This document shows, piece by piece, positions 27,245 to 39,250 of a stretch of DNA of 64,000 nucleotides. The position numbers and the translations under genes are program-made. Below the pieces are notes generated by a model. The model saw nothing but the letters and a program-made list of their open reading frames with translations, had not been told where the DNA came from and searched no databases. This DNA comes from Octopus sinensis (taxonomy: Eukaryota). Location: positions 117,552,001-117,616,000 of the forward strand of contig NC_042998.1 of the NCBI RefSeq assembly GCF_006345805.1. Direction: 5' to 3'. The first letter of the stretch is position 1, and the number at the start of each line of letters is the position of its first letter.

Positions 27245-27362
27245 AGGCGTGTATATGGGGTAAGAAGCTTGCTTTACAGCCATGTGGATCCGGGTTAAGT
27301 ACCACTGCGTTGCAATTCGTGCAAGTGTCTTCTACTATAACTCCGGGCTGACCAAAGCTTGC
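27245..27362 (+). mobile_element. SINE tRNA-like head fragment (family of 22125-22510)
   Basis: GGTAAGAAGCTTGCTT...GGATCCGGGTTAAGTACCACTGCGT...GCAAGTGTCTTCTACTATAACTCCGGGCTGACCAAAGC. Confidence 0.75.
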
Positions 27363-27415
27363 CTCCCTTACCCCGTAAAGCAATTATATTATGTTTTGTG
27401 TTGTTTACAATATTA

Positions 27416-27580
27416 GCATGGAAGATTATGCCCTTATCCTGTTTACTGATTTCTATGAATTCGCTTGCCAAGGTTAGGGCTTTATCTAGCAGTTCCTTAG
27501 AGATAGAGCCATAAAAATCGACAATATCGAATTGCGTTAATTTTGCTTTATTCTTATTCTTAATGTCTTTACACCAGTGT
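27416..27580 (-). mobile_element. Penelope-like element RT fragment
   Basis: WCKDIKNKNKAKLTQFDIVDFYGSISKELLDKAL matches the PLE RT motif FDxxxFYxSI. Confidence 0.7.
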
Positions 27581-27844
27581 GAGTATATACATATAGGCGG
27601 ATATACGTGGGTGTGCGGGCGCGCATTTGTATGTATGGACATGCGCGCATAAGCGATTACTAGGAACATATTTACTGTCTTATATAAATAGCATTTTTTC
27701 TCTTAATAACGGTCAATCACACAGTAATTTCCCTTTGTTTTAACGGTCATTTTCATAGCATTTTTTCGATGGCTCGATAACTGAAGAGATGCCGGCGTGT
27801 GTTTCCGCCCCGATGATACATCGCTATTCACTACACATTGTTTA

Positions 27845-27985
27845 ATTTCTCTCCCTGTTTCCTTCTGTGGAAGAGCGTAGGTCCGAAACGTTAAAGACAT
27901 TTTCACTTCCCGAGCGTTAAACTATTACATTTTTTGTTGTCTACACCCCTTGTCTTCGTCTTTCGTTTTTTTTGCGAAGTCACCC
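27845..27985 (+). mobile_element. Diverged family A repeat with a degenerate hammerhead motif
   Basis: CTGTGGA-A-GAGC-GTAG-GTCC-GAAAC-GT-T-AAAGAC at 27865-27898; it ends at (TA)n. Confidence 0.6.
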
Positions 27986-28026
27986 GATATATATATATAT
28001 ATATTATATATATATATATGTATGTA

Positions 28027-28072
<46 letters not shown>

Positions 28073-28439
28073 CATATATACTTTGGGATTTGGTTTGCAA
28101 TATTCATTATGAGAGTCAAAACTATTGAAAAGGTTGCAAGACGCAACGGAAATTTTAGAAAAATGAAAGAAATATGTGGAAATTTTACGGGTCAGTCCGT
28201 TAAATTATAATGCACCAAAAGAGAATGACTCTCCCCAAACACAACATACATACATACATACACCCCCCTTACCTCCCCCTCTTCCCCTCTCCCCCTCATC
28301 TCCTCTCTCTACACTACACCATACGACTTTACACATCACATCATATATACATACACACGTCCAGACCTCTCATACGCACTACATACTCTCTCATACACAC
28401 ACGCACTCTTATGTTGGGGCGAGGTCATTTAACCCTATT

Positions 28440-28712
28440 ATCTCCCCTAATTTCGCTCTTGCGTCTCACGTTTGATCTTTGACTTCTGGCCGAAATCAGA
28501 TCGCCATGTTGATTCACTAGCTTCTGCACGCATTTTTTTTTCTCTCCTTGTTTCTTTCTGTGTTTCTTTTCTGTGTATCTTTCTGTTGAAGAGTGTAGGC
28601 TCGAAACGTAAAAGACTTGTTTTATTTATATTCCTGAGCGCCATACTAATACAATTGTTTGTTTGTATTCCACCTGCATTCGTCTTTGTCTATTTTCATA
28701 AAGCTTTCCGTT
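28440..28712 (+). mobile_element. Family A PLE-like terminal repeat
   Basis: Near-identical to 23913-24123; it ends ...TCCGTT(AT)n. Confidence 0.8.
28578..28615 (+). ncRNA. Minimal type I hammerhead-like motif, variant core (family A)
   Basis: TCTTT-CTGTTGA-A-GAGT-GTAG-GCTC-GAAAC-GT-A-AAAGA; a U.G wobble in helix II; GUA triplet. Confidence 0.6.
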
Positions 28713-28914
28713 ATATATATATGTATCCAGATATTACTATCTGAATATATTAAACCATGGTTTATCACATAATTTACCAACAGCAGTTAACATTACAACA
28801 AGGCCTATACATAGTTAATAATACATCAGTAGTGTCAACGTATACATATATCCCTGAGACGGCTGCATAACTCTAACTCATATTTTTTTAGATATTTATG
28901 TATCTACATAGTTG

Positions 28915-28987
<73 letters not shown>

Positions 28988-29010
28988 TATATATATGTAT
29001 ATATATGTAT

Positions 29011-29060
<50 letters not shown>

Positions 29061-29320
29061 CGTACATACTAAATCCACACACATACACACACATATGTAT
29101 ATATGTATACGTACCTATATACATATATTTTGTCTTTGAACCTATTTTCATTTGAAAATTTGCAACGGTATCTGATTGCTCGCATATCTATTATGCAGGT
29201 AAATATCCTTTGGTTTCTTCCACTTATCTGATGTGGCATTGTTTATCAGTAGAATGTCAGTATATTTGACCACTAATGCATATATTTGTATATTTTTATT
29301 CATTTATACATATATATACA

Positions 29321-29351
<31 letters not shown>

Positions 29352-30559
29352 GTGTGTATTTGTGTGTCTTTGTGACTGTGTGTAATGTGTTCCTGTCAAA
29401 CTGCTGCACATATTTTGAGAGCGCCACTTGATACATGAGGAAATGTTTCTCAAGGAAGTTAATGTTTATTGACAGGCAAAATTTTAATGGAGAAGTCTGC
29501 GAATGAGAAGTGTAAGCGGACATTATAATTGCATCTCCGAATGCTAAGTGCGTGGGTAAACTTTAGTGACAGTTATTGATCAAGGTATATTTTGGAAGAT
29601 TGTTGAACTACATCATAGGATATGTAATAAATGTTTCATCATTACAACAATAGAAATGGAAGCCCGTCAGCAATTCAGTGACAGTTAAGAATAAACAGCT
29701 GCTTGATTATATAATGTTTTATCTGCGCGTAAATCTATTAGATATGTGTAAGTACACATTCCCCAAACAAGTGTGTATAGCTCAGTTGTAAATTTAGCTG
29801 TTGCACAAATAGATTTTTGTACTCTGTTTCATTTTGATAAAATATTTAACATTAAAATCATCATCTGCTTGTGATTTAATCCATACGAGTGGTAGCCATA
29901 CATAGTGGATGACAATATCATGAAAATAGACTCAAGAAGAGAAGCTTTACTTTGCATTCACATGAATGAATAGAACTGTACGGACGCATACATCACTTAC
30001 TGAGAATAAAAGTAAGGTGAGTTAAATTGACCTGCTTTAAAAAGGACTCCAGGATCAACTGATCTCTTTAAGTACGTCAATATCAAAATATATGCTCACG
30101 AAAACGTAGCACAATAATTATCACTTACAGATAGTACTCACATTACATCGCATAATATGAAGTATATGTGGTTCTAAAGAGTGCATTCGCATGTTTATAT
30201 TAAGTAGTATATAGATTCGCCATAAATATCAATGTTTATATTTCACTTCTTTTTATACACATATATATTATATTACTTTATTTATCTGCCTCTCTATTTA
30301 CAAATATGTACATATGTATGTGTGAATGTGTGTGGGTGCATGTATCTATGTGTGTATGGATGTACACAGGCATGCGTGTATGTATTTTTATGTCATTATT
30401 CAGTTTTATTTCAATATTCCCTGCCAATAGAAAAAGAGTTGGTTTCTAACCTAGATCCAAGGCACCGTCACTGGAATTTCAACCTCAGCACACGTATTTT
30501 TGTATAGATGTATATATACGTGCAGATATGATTGTTTTGTTTTATCTATGCATTCTCTT

Positions 30560-30960
30560 TCATAGAGTTGCTTATCTAAACATCTTCATATAGTGAAAGG
30601 ATAAACGTCTTGAAACTTTTACAGATTCCTACATTTACAGTGATGAATTTGATCTGTAGTCTTCGAATCAGCTTTCAACGTTTTTGATTTGAGAAGCCTA
30701 ATGTCTCAAGATTGCTATTTAGTGTTTTAGATATCCTAGTGCCTCAATATCTATAAGTATAAACCTGAACATGTAATCTGGATAGTGTAACCATATATTT
30801 ATCAATAGTTCAGCGTAGATAAACTTTTTACTGATCTTCAGCTCTGTGTTAACATCTTCTAGGCAGCTGATTGCCACACTGTACACAGGTTGACTTCACC
30901 ATCACAAATCAGGTCTATTGTGTTTGCATTTTATTGAGGTTATTACTGGGACATTGCACA
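30560..30960 (-). mobile_element. Possible ancient LINE RT fragment
   Basis: Only weak, broken similarity (LEDV...KKFIY; then KIYK/ILSLLY-like remnants). Confidence 0.3.
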
Positions 30961-31525
30961 TGTAATCCTTTTTATTATGAGTGGTTATAGCATCAAACCA
31001 CACTAGGGGTTCTTATTTCTTTGTCCTCTAGGTTATACTTACTACGGATCTCGTTATAGATTGTCCTAGCTAAAAATCATGTCTCATCAGTAGATAATAC
31101 CGTGATGACATTTTCAGATCATTCCTTATGGTGTTGGTGATATCTTCGGTGTTAATTCCATAAAGTCTGCATTAGAATAGATTAATGTATGTATGCGTGC
31201 ATGCTTGTATGCATGTACGTATGTTTGTAAATATGGATAGATGGATGCATGGATTAATATCGTTAATAATTTCATGTTAGAATTCAGAAACCTTGATGGA
31301 GAGTGTTTTCCTACTACCACGATGCGTTGCTTGATTTATGAAGGGAACCACAAGGTTGACCACTTAAACCTTTTCACGATGTAGTGTCACATAATGTTTA
31401 TATCGCCCCATTTGTGAGGTAATTCATGTGTATGTGTGAATGTGTGTTAATGTATACATACATATATGTATATATGTACATATATACATATATACATATA
31501 TACATATATATATATATATTACTAT

Positions 31526-31614
<89 letters not shown>

Positions 31615-31617
<3 letters not shown>

Positions 31618-31992
31618 GAGGCGCAATGGCCCAGTGGTTAGGGCAGCGGACTCGCGGTCATAGGATCGCGGTTTCGATTCCCAGACCGGGCGTTGTGAGT
31701 GTTTATTGAGCGAAAACACCTAAAGCTCCACGAGGCTCCGACAGGGGATGGTGGTGATCTCTGCTGTACTCTTTCACCACAACTTTCTCTCACTCTTACT
31801 TCCTGTTTCTGTTGTACATGTATTTCAAAGGGCCGGCCTTGTCACTCTCTGTGTCACGCTGAATATCCCCGTTAAGAGTACACGTGTCTGTGGAGTGCTC
31901 AGCCACTTACACGTTAATTTCACGAGCAGGCTGTACCGTTCATTCGGATCAACCGGAACCCTCATCGTCGTAACCGACGGAGTGCTTCCACA
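31615..31992 (+). mobile_element. Full-length tRNA(Arg)-like SINE (octopus OR1-like)
   Basis: Head TGGCCCAGTGGTTAGGGCAGCGG...GGTTTCGATTCCC (A and B boxes) followed by about 300 bp of body shared with 14010-14215 and 3031-3162; it starts immediately after (TA)n. Confidence 0.9.
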
Positions 31993-33048
31993 TACATATA
32001 TATATGTATGTATAAACGTGTGAGCGTGTTTTTTTTGTATGTGTTTTTTTGTATGTGCGTGTGTTTGTGCCTGCCATTGTGTTTGTGGGCTCTGTTGAAT
32101 GCTTTTCAGACATTACATATACGTTAGTCAGGTAATATAATTCATGAAACTATATATTCTGGAAATTTCCCGATTACACGTAAATTAAATCAGAATTTCA
32201 GTCATGTAAAGTCTCTCACCTAATGCATTTTTTAAACTCAATCCTGACAATACAAATGTTGTGAATATATATACTTTCGTGTGTCGGCGATTTATTGCAG
32301 ACAAAATTCCATCTCATCGGTTTATGACCTTGCACCTCATCTAGGACATTCATATGCCCTTGACAATGCCACGCTATGCTACATATATTGGAAAATGAAA
32401 AAAATCAGTATTGCGCTCATAGTGGATTCAAGATGATCAAAGACCTTGGGGAAATTGCTCTACAACAGATTTCCCTGGTTTTGACATCTCCATCTTATGG
32501 GCATTTCAATCTAATTGATCACTCTGTGAAGACGTATGTACACAAATAATGTTTGAATAGGATGCAGATTGGATTAGGTAATTCAGAATTCTAATAGGTT
32601 TTCTAGGAATCCTTGTTTATTTTCTCAACTAGTCCAAATTTGTCAACATTTGTGAAAAGATTTTAAAATACTTCCACGCTTACATATATGAATAATGTTG
32701 TCCTGAAATGACCACTACAAATACTGGATTTGAACAAGCGGGCAGTGTTGATATTCGCCTTCGTGTACACAATGCTGTCAAGCCCAAAGTAGCTAGCAAC
32801 TTAGGTGTAGTTAACAAATCCCATTCGAGGAAATCGTTAATATTACCTTGCTATTTCAAAAACAATACCCGAGTCATTACAAACGGGATTATGGCTGGCG
32901 CAAGGCTACTTAGTTCAATTTTAACTATGAATTTACTATCACACTTGTATTTGTGTTTATATATATATATATACATCTCTATATATACATACACACATGC
33001 ACACACACATGCACACACACACACGCACACACACACACACACACACAC

Positions 33049-33095
<47 letters not shown>

Positions 33096-33174
33096 TATAT
33101 ATATACATATATTATGGAGATGTACTTGCTTAGCAAGTGACCTGATCTGAGATCGTGTGCTAGAACGAAAACAA

Positions 33175-33302
33175 TTGCAGCGTGGAAGGTGTTTATAAGC
33201 CATTTAAGAAACACACAAAAACCGTTAGATTTAAATGTTGAAGTGAACCTAACGGTTTTTGTGTGTTTCTTAAATGGCTTATAAACACCTTCCACGCTGC
33301 AA
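33175..33302. repeat. Perfect inverted repeat (54-bp arms, 20-nt spacer)
   Basis: 33175-33228 is the exact reverse complement of 33249-33302; the spacer begins with the palindrome ATTTAAAT; (TA)n lies just downstream. Confidence 0.95.
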
Positions 33303-36300
33303 GTGATATAAATATATATATATATATATATATATGTCTACGTCTATGCTTTAATCAACTTTTGTTTATTTGTAGATTGGATTATATCTACCATATGAAC
33401 TCTTGCACTGAGTGCGAAATGAATGCCGTTGGAGATTGTATATTGCAGCCGTAACAAAATCTAATAATCAATGCGATTACATATAATTCTTTCGTCCTTT
33501 AACCATCCATTTCTATTTTTTATTTTTATTCAAGGTTCCATTTTACCTGAAGGAAGAATACCTCCATGAACTCCTCCTGCAATTTTCTACCACTGACCAG
33601 TCATGGCCAGGAAGATCTCACGTAGCGGATAGGATTATCTGCACAGCTTGTCTTCAGCCGGCCTTTTGATCTTATCGATTGTTCTGATATCCATTTTCTC
33701 ATTCTGATTGTCCATCTGTTGTCCCTCAGTCACACAATTTTGCCAGCCTCTCCAGATTTGTTCATTTAGCAGTCAGTATATATTCCTGTGTGTACATGTA
33801 TGCCTGCTCACTCAGAAAATTACATTTCTTTTTCATGCAGCACTGATATTCGTGAAAACTCACCTTACAACACACACTTTCTACTGAAATTATATATAAT
33901 TTTAACCGGATATTATGATATGCGATAAAGGCAGTGTTTATTGTCAAAAGTGTTAAATTTTTTTCACTAAATAGTTTTACGTATATGGGACTTAAGAGTC
34001 ATTCGGTCACCATAAATATTTTCGAACTAGCGGATCATTAAATTTTTATGTAACTTAGGTTTGGATAAAGAGTCAGAGCCCATGGCTTTCTTTCTCCCTG
34101 AGAAACCGGAGTCGCTATGATATTGTATTATTTAGACGTTCTGAATCAATGGAAAATCAAATTTCAACAAATGGTATCAGTACACTGACTGCAGTGTCTA
34201 TTCAGTGTAATTAGATATAATATCAAATAACAGTTTAAGCAACCATCTCAAAGAATACATAGTGTGGTAAGTAAATTGGATATGTTTCCTATTAGGCTGC
34301 ATTTACTCATTTAATTATAGGGGAAGAACATTGCAAACTTTATAATATATATTATTCTATACTAAGTTTAATATAATATAATATTTGATTTTCGTTATAA
34401 AATATAATTTAATATTGAATAAGATATTACTAAATGCCTTTACTTGCTGCTCAAATGAAAATGTACATATTGATATGTTGCGGTCTAGTGGTGTTTACAA
34501 TATTAGTCTGTCTACTCATTGAGTGATTAGCCTAACACACTTTAATATTCGTTGTTTTGAATTGGTTCTATATGAAGATAAATATATGAAGTTGTTAAAA
34601 GTTGTTTTCATTTGAATTTTTCTATTAATTTCAGATAGCTTCGAAACACTAAGCTGATAATTTCCGACACAATAAACGAAAAATTTTAATGTAAGAATGA
34701 GATAACAATAATTCAAATGCATTTTGTTTTCATAAACAAATATTAAATAAATTAGGCAGAAAAATTAAAACATAGCAAAACGACTAAAAAAATTTTATAT
34801 GACTTGGATATTAAAAGAAAAATCTATTTTAGTGAAGCATGTAAATACAACTGAAATTGTTTAATGTTATATTAAAATTTAATATTATATATTACATTTT
34901 TCACACGTTCACTTATATTTGTGAAATATACTTGCCAGTAAAAAGCAAGAGGAACAATACAATTTTCTAATAATGGCTTTAGTAAAAGGTGTGTATACCA
35001 ATGCGTTATATAGAGCAGGCAGAAAGTGGAATATTTCAAATTTTAATATCTTTATATATGTTTTTCTTCTTGCAAGTTTTCGAGAAAGAATATTGTTAAA
35101 CATTTATTAATTGCAAAAATGTATCACGAATATCAAAAGAATATTCAACCAATGATCGTTTTACTTATAATATTAAGGCTTCACTTAATATTTTGAAACA
35201 ACTTTGTCAATAATAAATAAATATAAAAGTTCTTGAAGCAAATATCCAACACGAAGTTAACTAACTGATATGGCGTCAATAAAATTTTCCCAGATTTAAA
35301 ATACAAATAACCCGAAGTTACAGACTGAGTTTAAATTAGTTGTATATTTCAGCGTGAAGTGAATTTATTTGTGTAATATTAAAAGTACTAACTTTGTATA
35401 TGTCAAAATATCCAGATTCTCTTCATACAAAATCAGTTGTACCCTTTTTGTTTTGCTATCATTGCATTTGGGAAATGCTAACCATTAATGATCTTAGAAT
35501 GGAATAAATATAAACTATCTTATGTACCATGGTACATCTTCCTAGTATTTACAGTAATTTTAAACAGTTATTCCATAAACACAAATTACAGCGTGCAACA
35601 TGATTTTTGTCATCGGGTAACAAATATTATTTTCTATTTTCCTACCCCTAGAAAGTAAGAAAAATGGACAATATTTCCTTCAAACTGTTTTGTTACTTTC
35701 ATTCAAACCCCAAAAAGTGCCTCTCAACACAGCTATGATGCTCCTTCACTATTCCTACCCATGATCAGAGATGCACACATTGTCAGTCACAAAGAAATAT
35801 GCACAAGTGAGTAAGGTCAAGCAACTGACAACCAAATCGATGGTATTGAGCAGAATATTCACTACAACGATATTTCTACTGCAGCAACTTAGCGCAAAAT
35901 CTGACTGAAATCTAATGGAAAATAGATCGGTTTCAAAACATTGATCTCCAGGCGACAAAAGTAACGTTTGAGGGGAATAATAGTTATTTCATTTGATTTC
36001 TAGACAGAAGAAAATGCAAAATAACATTGAATGACCAAAGACTGAAAAAAATAATTGCACTGTGTTATTATTTTCCAATGGTATTACTTAATTTGGCTTT
36101 TCATATACAAATTACCTATTCAAATGTACTCGGGAACTGATGTTTTTGCTGTTACAAAAACATTTATGATATCATCGTAGAAGAGTAATAACATATAACT
36201 CATTATTAATTTCCTTGTAATTACTTTCTAATCACTTACGAGCCTTCTTCCTCTAGAATGTGATTAGAAGATTCATATGTTTGAAGAATTATAACATATA

Positions 36301-36630
36301 AATATTTAATTAAAATTAAAGCTTCTCTGGAATTGATGTCATATTAGCTTAATATAGTATGTCAGGTGGTAAACATAATTGGTGCATGTAATGTAGATTT
36401 ACACAGAATTACACAATTATAGCTAATTACCCTGAATTATTTCCCAAAACATTATTCGATCAGCAAAAATGGAAATCTTTATTAAATGTATGCTGAGTTG
36501 TAGAAATTTTGTATGTTACATATATCTCTTTAGTAGTACGTGTGTGTGAGTGTATATATGTTTGTGTATAAGCATGTGTTTGTGTGTTTCTATGTAATGT
36601 TCCATTCATATATTATTTTCTATCATTGAT

Positions 36631-37960
36631 GTTAGTTAGTTAGTTAGTTAGTTAGTTAATTTGGCTCAAAAGCAAATAGCAAGGCCATGTAGGGGGACAT
36701 GGAGTTAAGTACAGGGTGGTGTTCATGTAAAGAGTTCAGGCCACTTGAGGTCCAGGGAGGCTTTGAACAAAGCGGTCGTCGGCATCTTCACCATCTCGTT
36801 TGGCAGCTTGTTCCACGGATCCGCAACCCGGACGGAGAAAGCTCCTCTCCTTCGATTGAGATGAAATCGTCGCAGGTAGAGCTTTTCGGAATGACCCCGC
36901 AGCCGACGCTCTGGAGCAGGAGTGAAGAACAGCTCTTTCGAGAGTTTACACTTTCCGCTTATGATGTTGTGGGCGAGAATGAGATCACCACGGCGGCGGC
37001 GTTTTTCAAGAGAATAAAGGTCGAGCGTCCTCAGCCTTTCTTCGTAGGAGAAATTTTTGAGACCATGAACCATGCGGGTAGCCAGCTTCTGAACTCTTTC
37101 GAGATGCTGTATGTCTTTGAGGAGATAAGGAGAAGAGGCTTGAATCCCATACTCCAATATGGGTCTCACCAGCGTGACATAGAGTGGTAGGAATATGGCT
37201 GCTGTGAGCATTCCGAATGACCGTCGAATCAAGAACAGAATTCCGCGTGCTTTGTTGGCAGCATGGACGCACTGGGCCGAAGGCGAAAAGGAGGAATCCA
37301 CCAAGATACCCAGATCCTTTACCTGATCGGTCCTCTCCAGCAGCAGACGACTGGTCGTCGGGCAAGTCATTTATGAAGACTAAGAACAACAAGGGCCCAA
37401 GCACTGAACCTTGAGGCACGCCAATGCTCGCACTGGAGACGTCGGACCGCGAACCATTAACTTGGACTTGGAAGGAGCGATCTGAGAGGAAGGCACCAAC
37501 CCATCGTATAATATCCGGATGGAAACTATATGCTTGAAGCTTGACAAGTAATAGGCGGTGGTTTACCGAGTCAAAAGCTTTGGCAAAGTCCAATAAAATG
37601 ATGTCAACAGCATCACTATCATCGAGGATGCGCGTCACCAATTCTTCCATTACTAGTAAGTTGGTCAAGCATGATCTCTTCGGCACGAAGCCGTGTTGGG
37701 AATCAGAGATAGAGGCTGTGTTTAGGAGGTGGAGCATCCTACTTTTCTTAAGGATGGTTTCGAACATCTTGCTGATTATTGATGTAAGGGAAACCGGTCG
37801 GTAGTTAAGCGGGTCTTCGCGGCTCCCTTTCTTGAAAATTGGGCAGATTATCGCTGTTCTCCAGTCTGCAGGTATAACACCCGTCGCCAATGACATATTG
37901 AATAGACGTGTTAAGGGCTCGCAGATGACCGGAGCCAACGCTTTGATAATGTGTGGTGTT
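36631..37960 (-). mobile_element. 5'-truncated CR1-clade LINE with an internal deletion and (TAAC)n tail
   Basis: NYRPVSLTS, QHGFVPKRSCLTNL, LDFAKAFDSVNH, GVPQGSVLGPLLFLVFINDL; then a jump at about 37353 to KDLGI...LVRPILEY...LERVQKLATR...RRRRGDLI...RGHSEKL...RVADPWNKLP. Both segments are stop-free; the tail is at 36631-36658. Confidence 0.96.
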
Positions 37961-38239
37961 GAACGCATACCATCATACATGGTTTTATATTTATACCATT
38001 AATCGACTGGCTGGTATTTCATTCATCTTGTTAGACAGTCGTGAGTAAAGTGTAACTCCAGTTATGCCAATTTATTATATTTTAGTTCTATCTTACACTG
38101 ACACATCAGACGAACATTATGTTGGAGCGTATTTATATTTAAATACACTGGTTTCAACCACCCTGTTCAATTACAAGATAAAACACACACCCATACAAAC
38201 ACACACACACACATACACACACATATAACATATATATAT

Positions 38240-38651
38240 TTCTTTATTGCCCACAAGGGGCTAAACGCAGAGGAGACAGGCAAGGACAGACAGACGGATT
38301 AAGTCGATTATATCGACCCCAGTTCGAAACTGGTGCTTAATTTATCGACCCCGAAAGGATGAAAGACAAAGTCGACCTCGCAGAATTTGAACTCAGAACG
38401 TAACGACAGAAGAAATACCTATTTCTTAACTACCCACAAGGGACTAAACACAGAGGAGACAGACAAGGACAGACAGACGGATTAAGTCGATTATATCGAC
38501 CCCAGCGCGTAACTGGTACTTAATTTATCAACCACGAAAGGATGAAAGACAAAGTCGACCTCGGCGGAGTTTGAACTCAAGTCGTACGGCAGACAAAATA
38601 CCGCTAAGCATTTCGTCCGTCGCGCTAATGTGTCTGCCAGCTCGCCGCCTT
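38240..38651 (-). mobile_element. Tandem dimer of a tRNA-derived SINE with a Nin/Deu-like core
   Basis: Two units with period 183 bp (CCCACAAG at 38250 and 38433). The reverse complement carries GGCGGCGAGCTGGCAG...GAGTTCAAA and GTCTTTCATCCTTTCGGGGTCGATAAATTAAG. Confidence 0.85.
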
Positions 38652-39167
38652 CATATAAAATATATATATATTATTTCTCTGTGTGGGTGGTTGCGTGTAC
38701 TGATAGGTAAACGATGTGGACTGGAGAGCTTTCAGCTCCGTGCAGAATATTGTCATCTAGTCTGAAACATAATGCATTAAAGTGGCCCACTGGTGCACAG
38801 TTGTGGTTTACCGTCATACACTGCAGAGATTGAAATGTATGCTTAGAACAAATGATAAAAATTCATGTTTAAAATAATTTATCCTCTGTGTGTGTATGTG
38901 TGTGTATTTATGTGTACGTGTGCGTATGTGTGTGTGCCTGTTTTTGCGTGTGCGTGTACTTATATACATATCTATTTGCGTGTGGTGTTCCTCTACACAA
39001 TTTCCGTTTTAAAATTGTAACACGGTACAAACGTCACAAATAAATTATTATCTAGTCTCACGTCATTGCAGATAGAATCTCATAAACCTGTCGCTCTAAC
39101 TACGCATTATATATTTGTACGTTATTTGAAATGTACGTTCAATTTTTAAATAGAAATGAATAGAATC

Positions 39168-39250
39168 ATGGGCGTAGCTGGCTGGTAAGAATTTAGCTTT
39201 CCATCCACATGCTTCGTAGTTCATCCCCACAGCTTGGCAGCTTAAGCAAA
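39168..39250 (+). mobile_element. Degenerate SINE head
   Basis: GGCGTAGCTGGCTGGTAAGAA...CCACATG...GTTCATCCCCAC resembles the head of the 22125-22510 family. Confidence 0.45.

Noticed and set aside
31615-31690. Apparent tRNA gene
   Set aside because: A/B boxes are present but there is no closing acceptor stem, and it continues into a SINE body shared with other copies.
32330-32540. Possible ancient Tc1/mariner remnant (LDNA..., FNLIDHSV)
   Set aside because: The similarity is too weak to support by eye.
35733-35806. Candidate 74-nt exon (CAG...GTGAGT; YDAPSLFLPMIRDAHIVSHKEICT) and an overlapping hydrophobic minus-strand frame
   Set aside because: Splice-like signals only, with no recognisable protein or partner exons; RNA-seq or homology would be needed.
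36699-37804. Plus-strand ORFs of 65-163 aa
   Set aside because: Antisense shadows of the CR1 ORF. The same applies to shadows over the RTEs and mariner.
38680-38830. Minus-strand AG acceptor followed by an open frame of about 50 codons
   Set aside because: No good donor and no recognisable homology.
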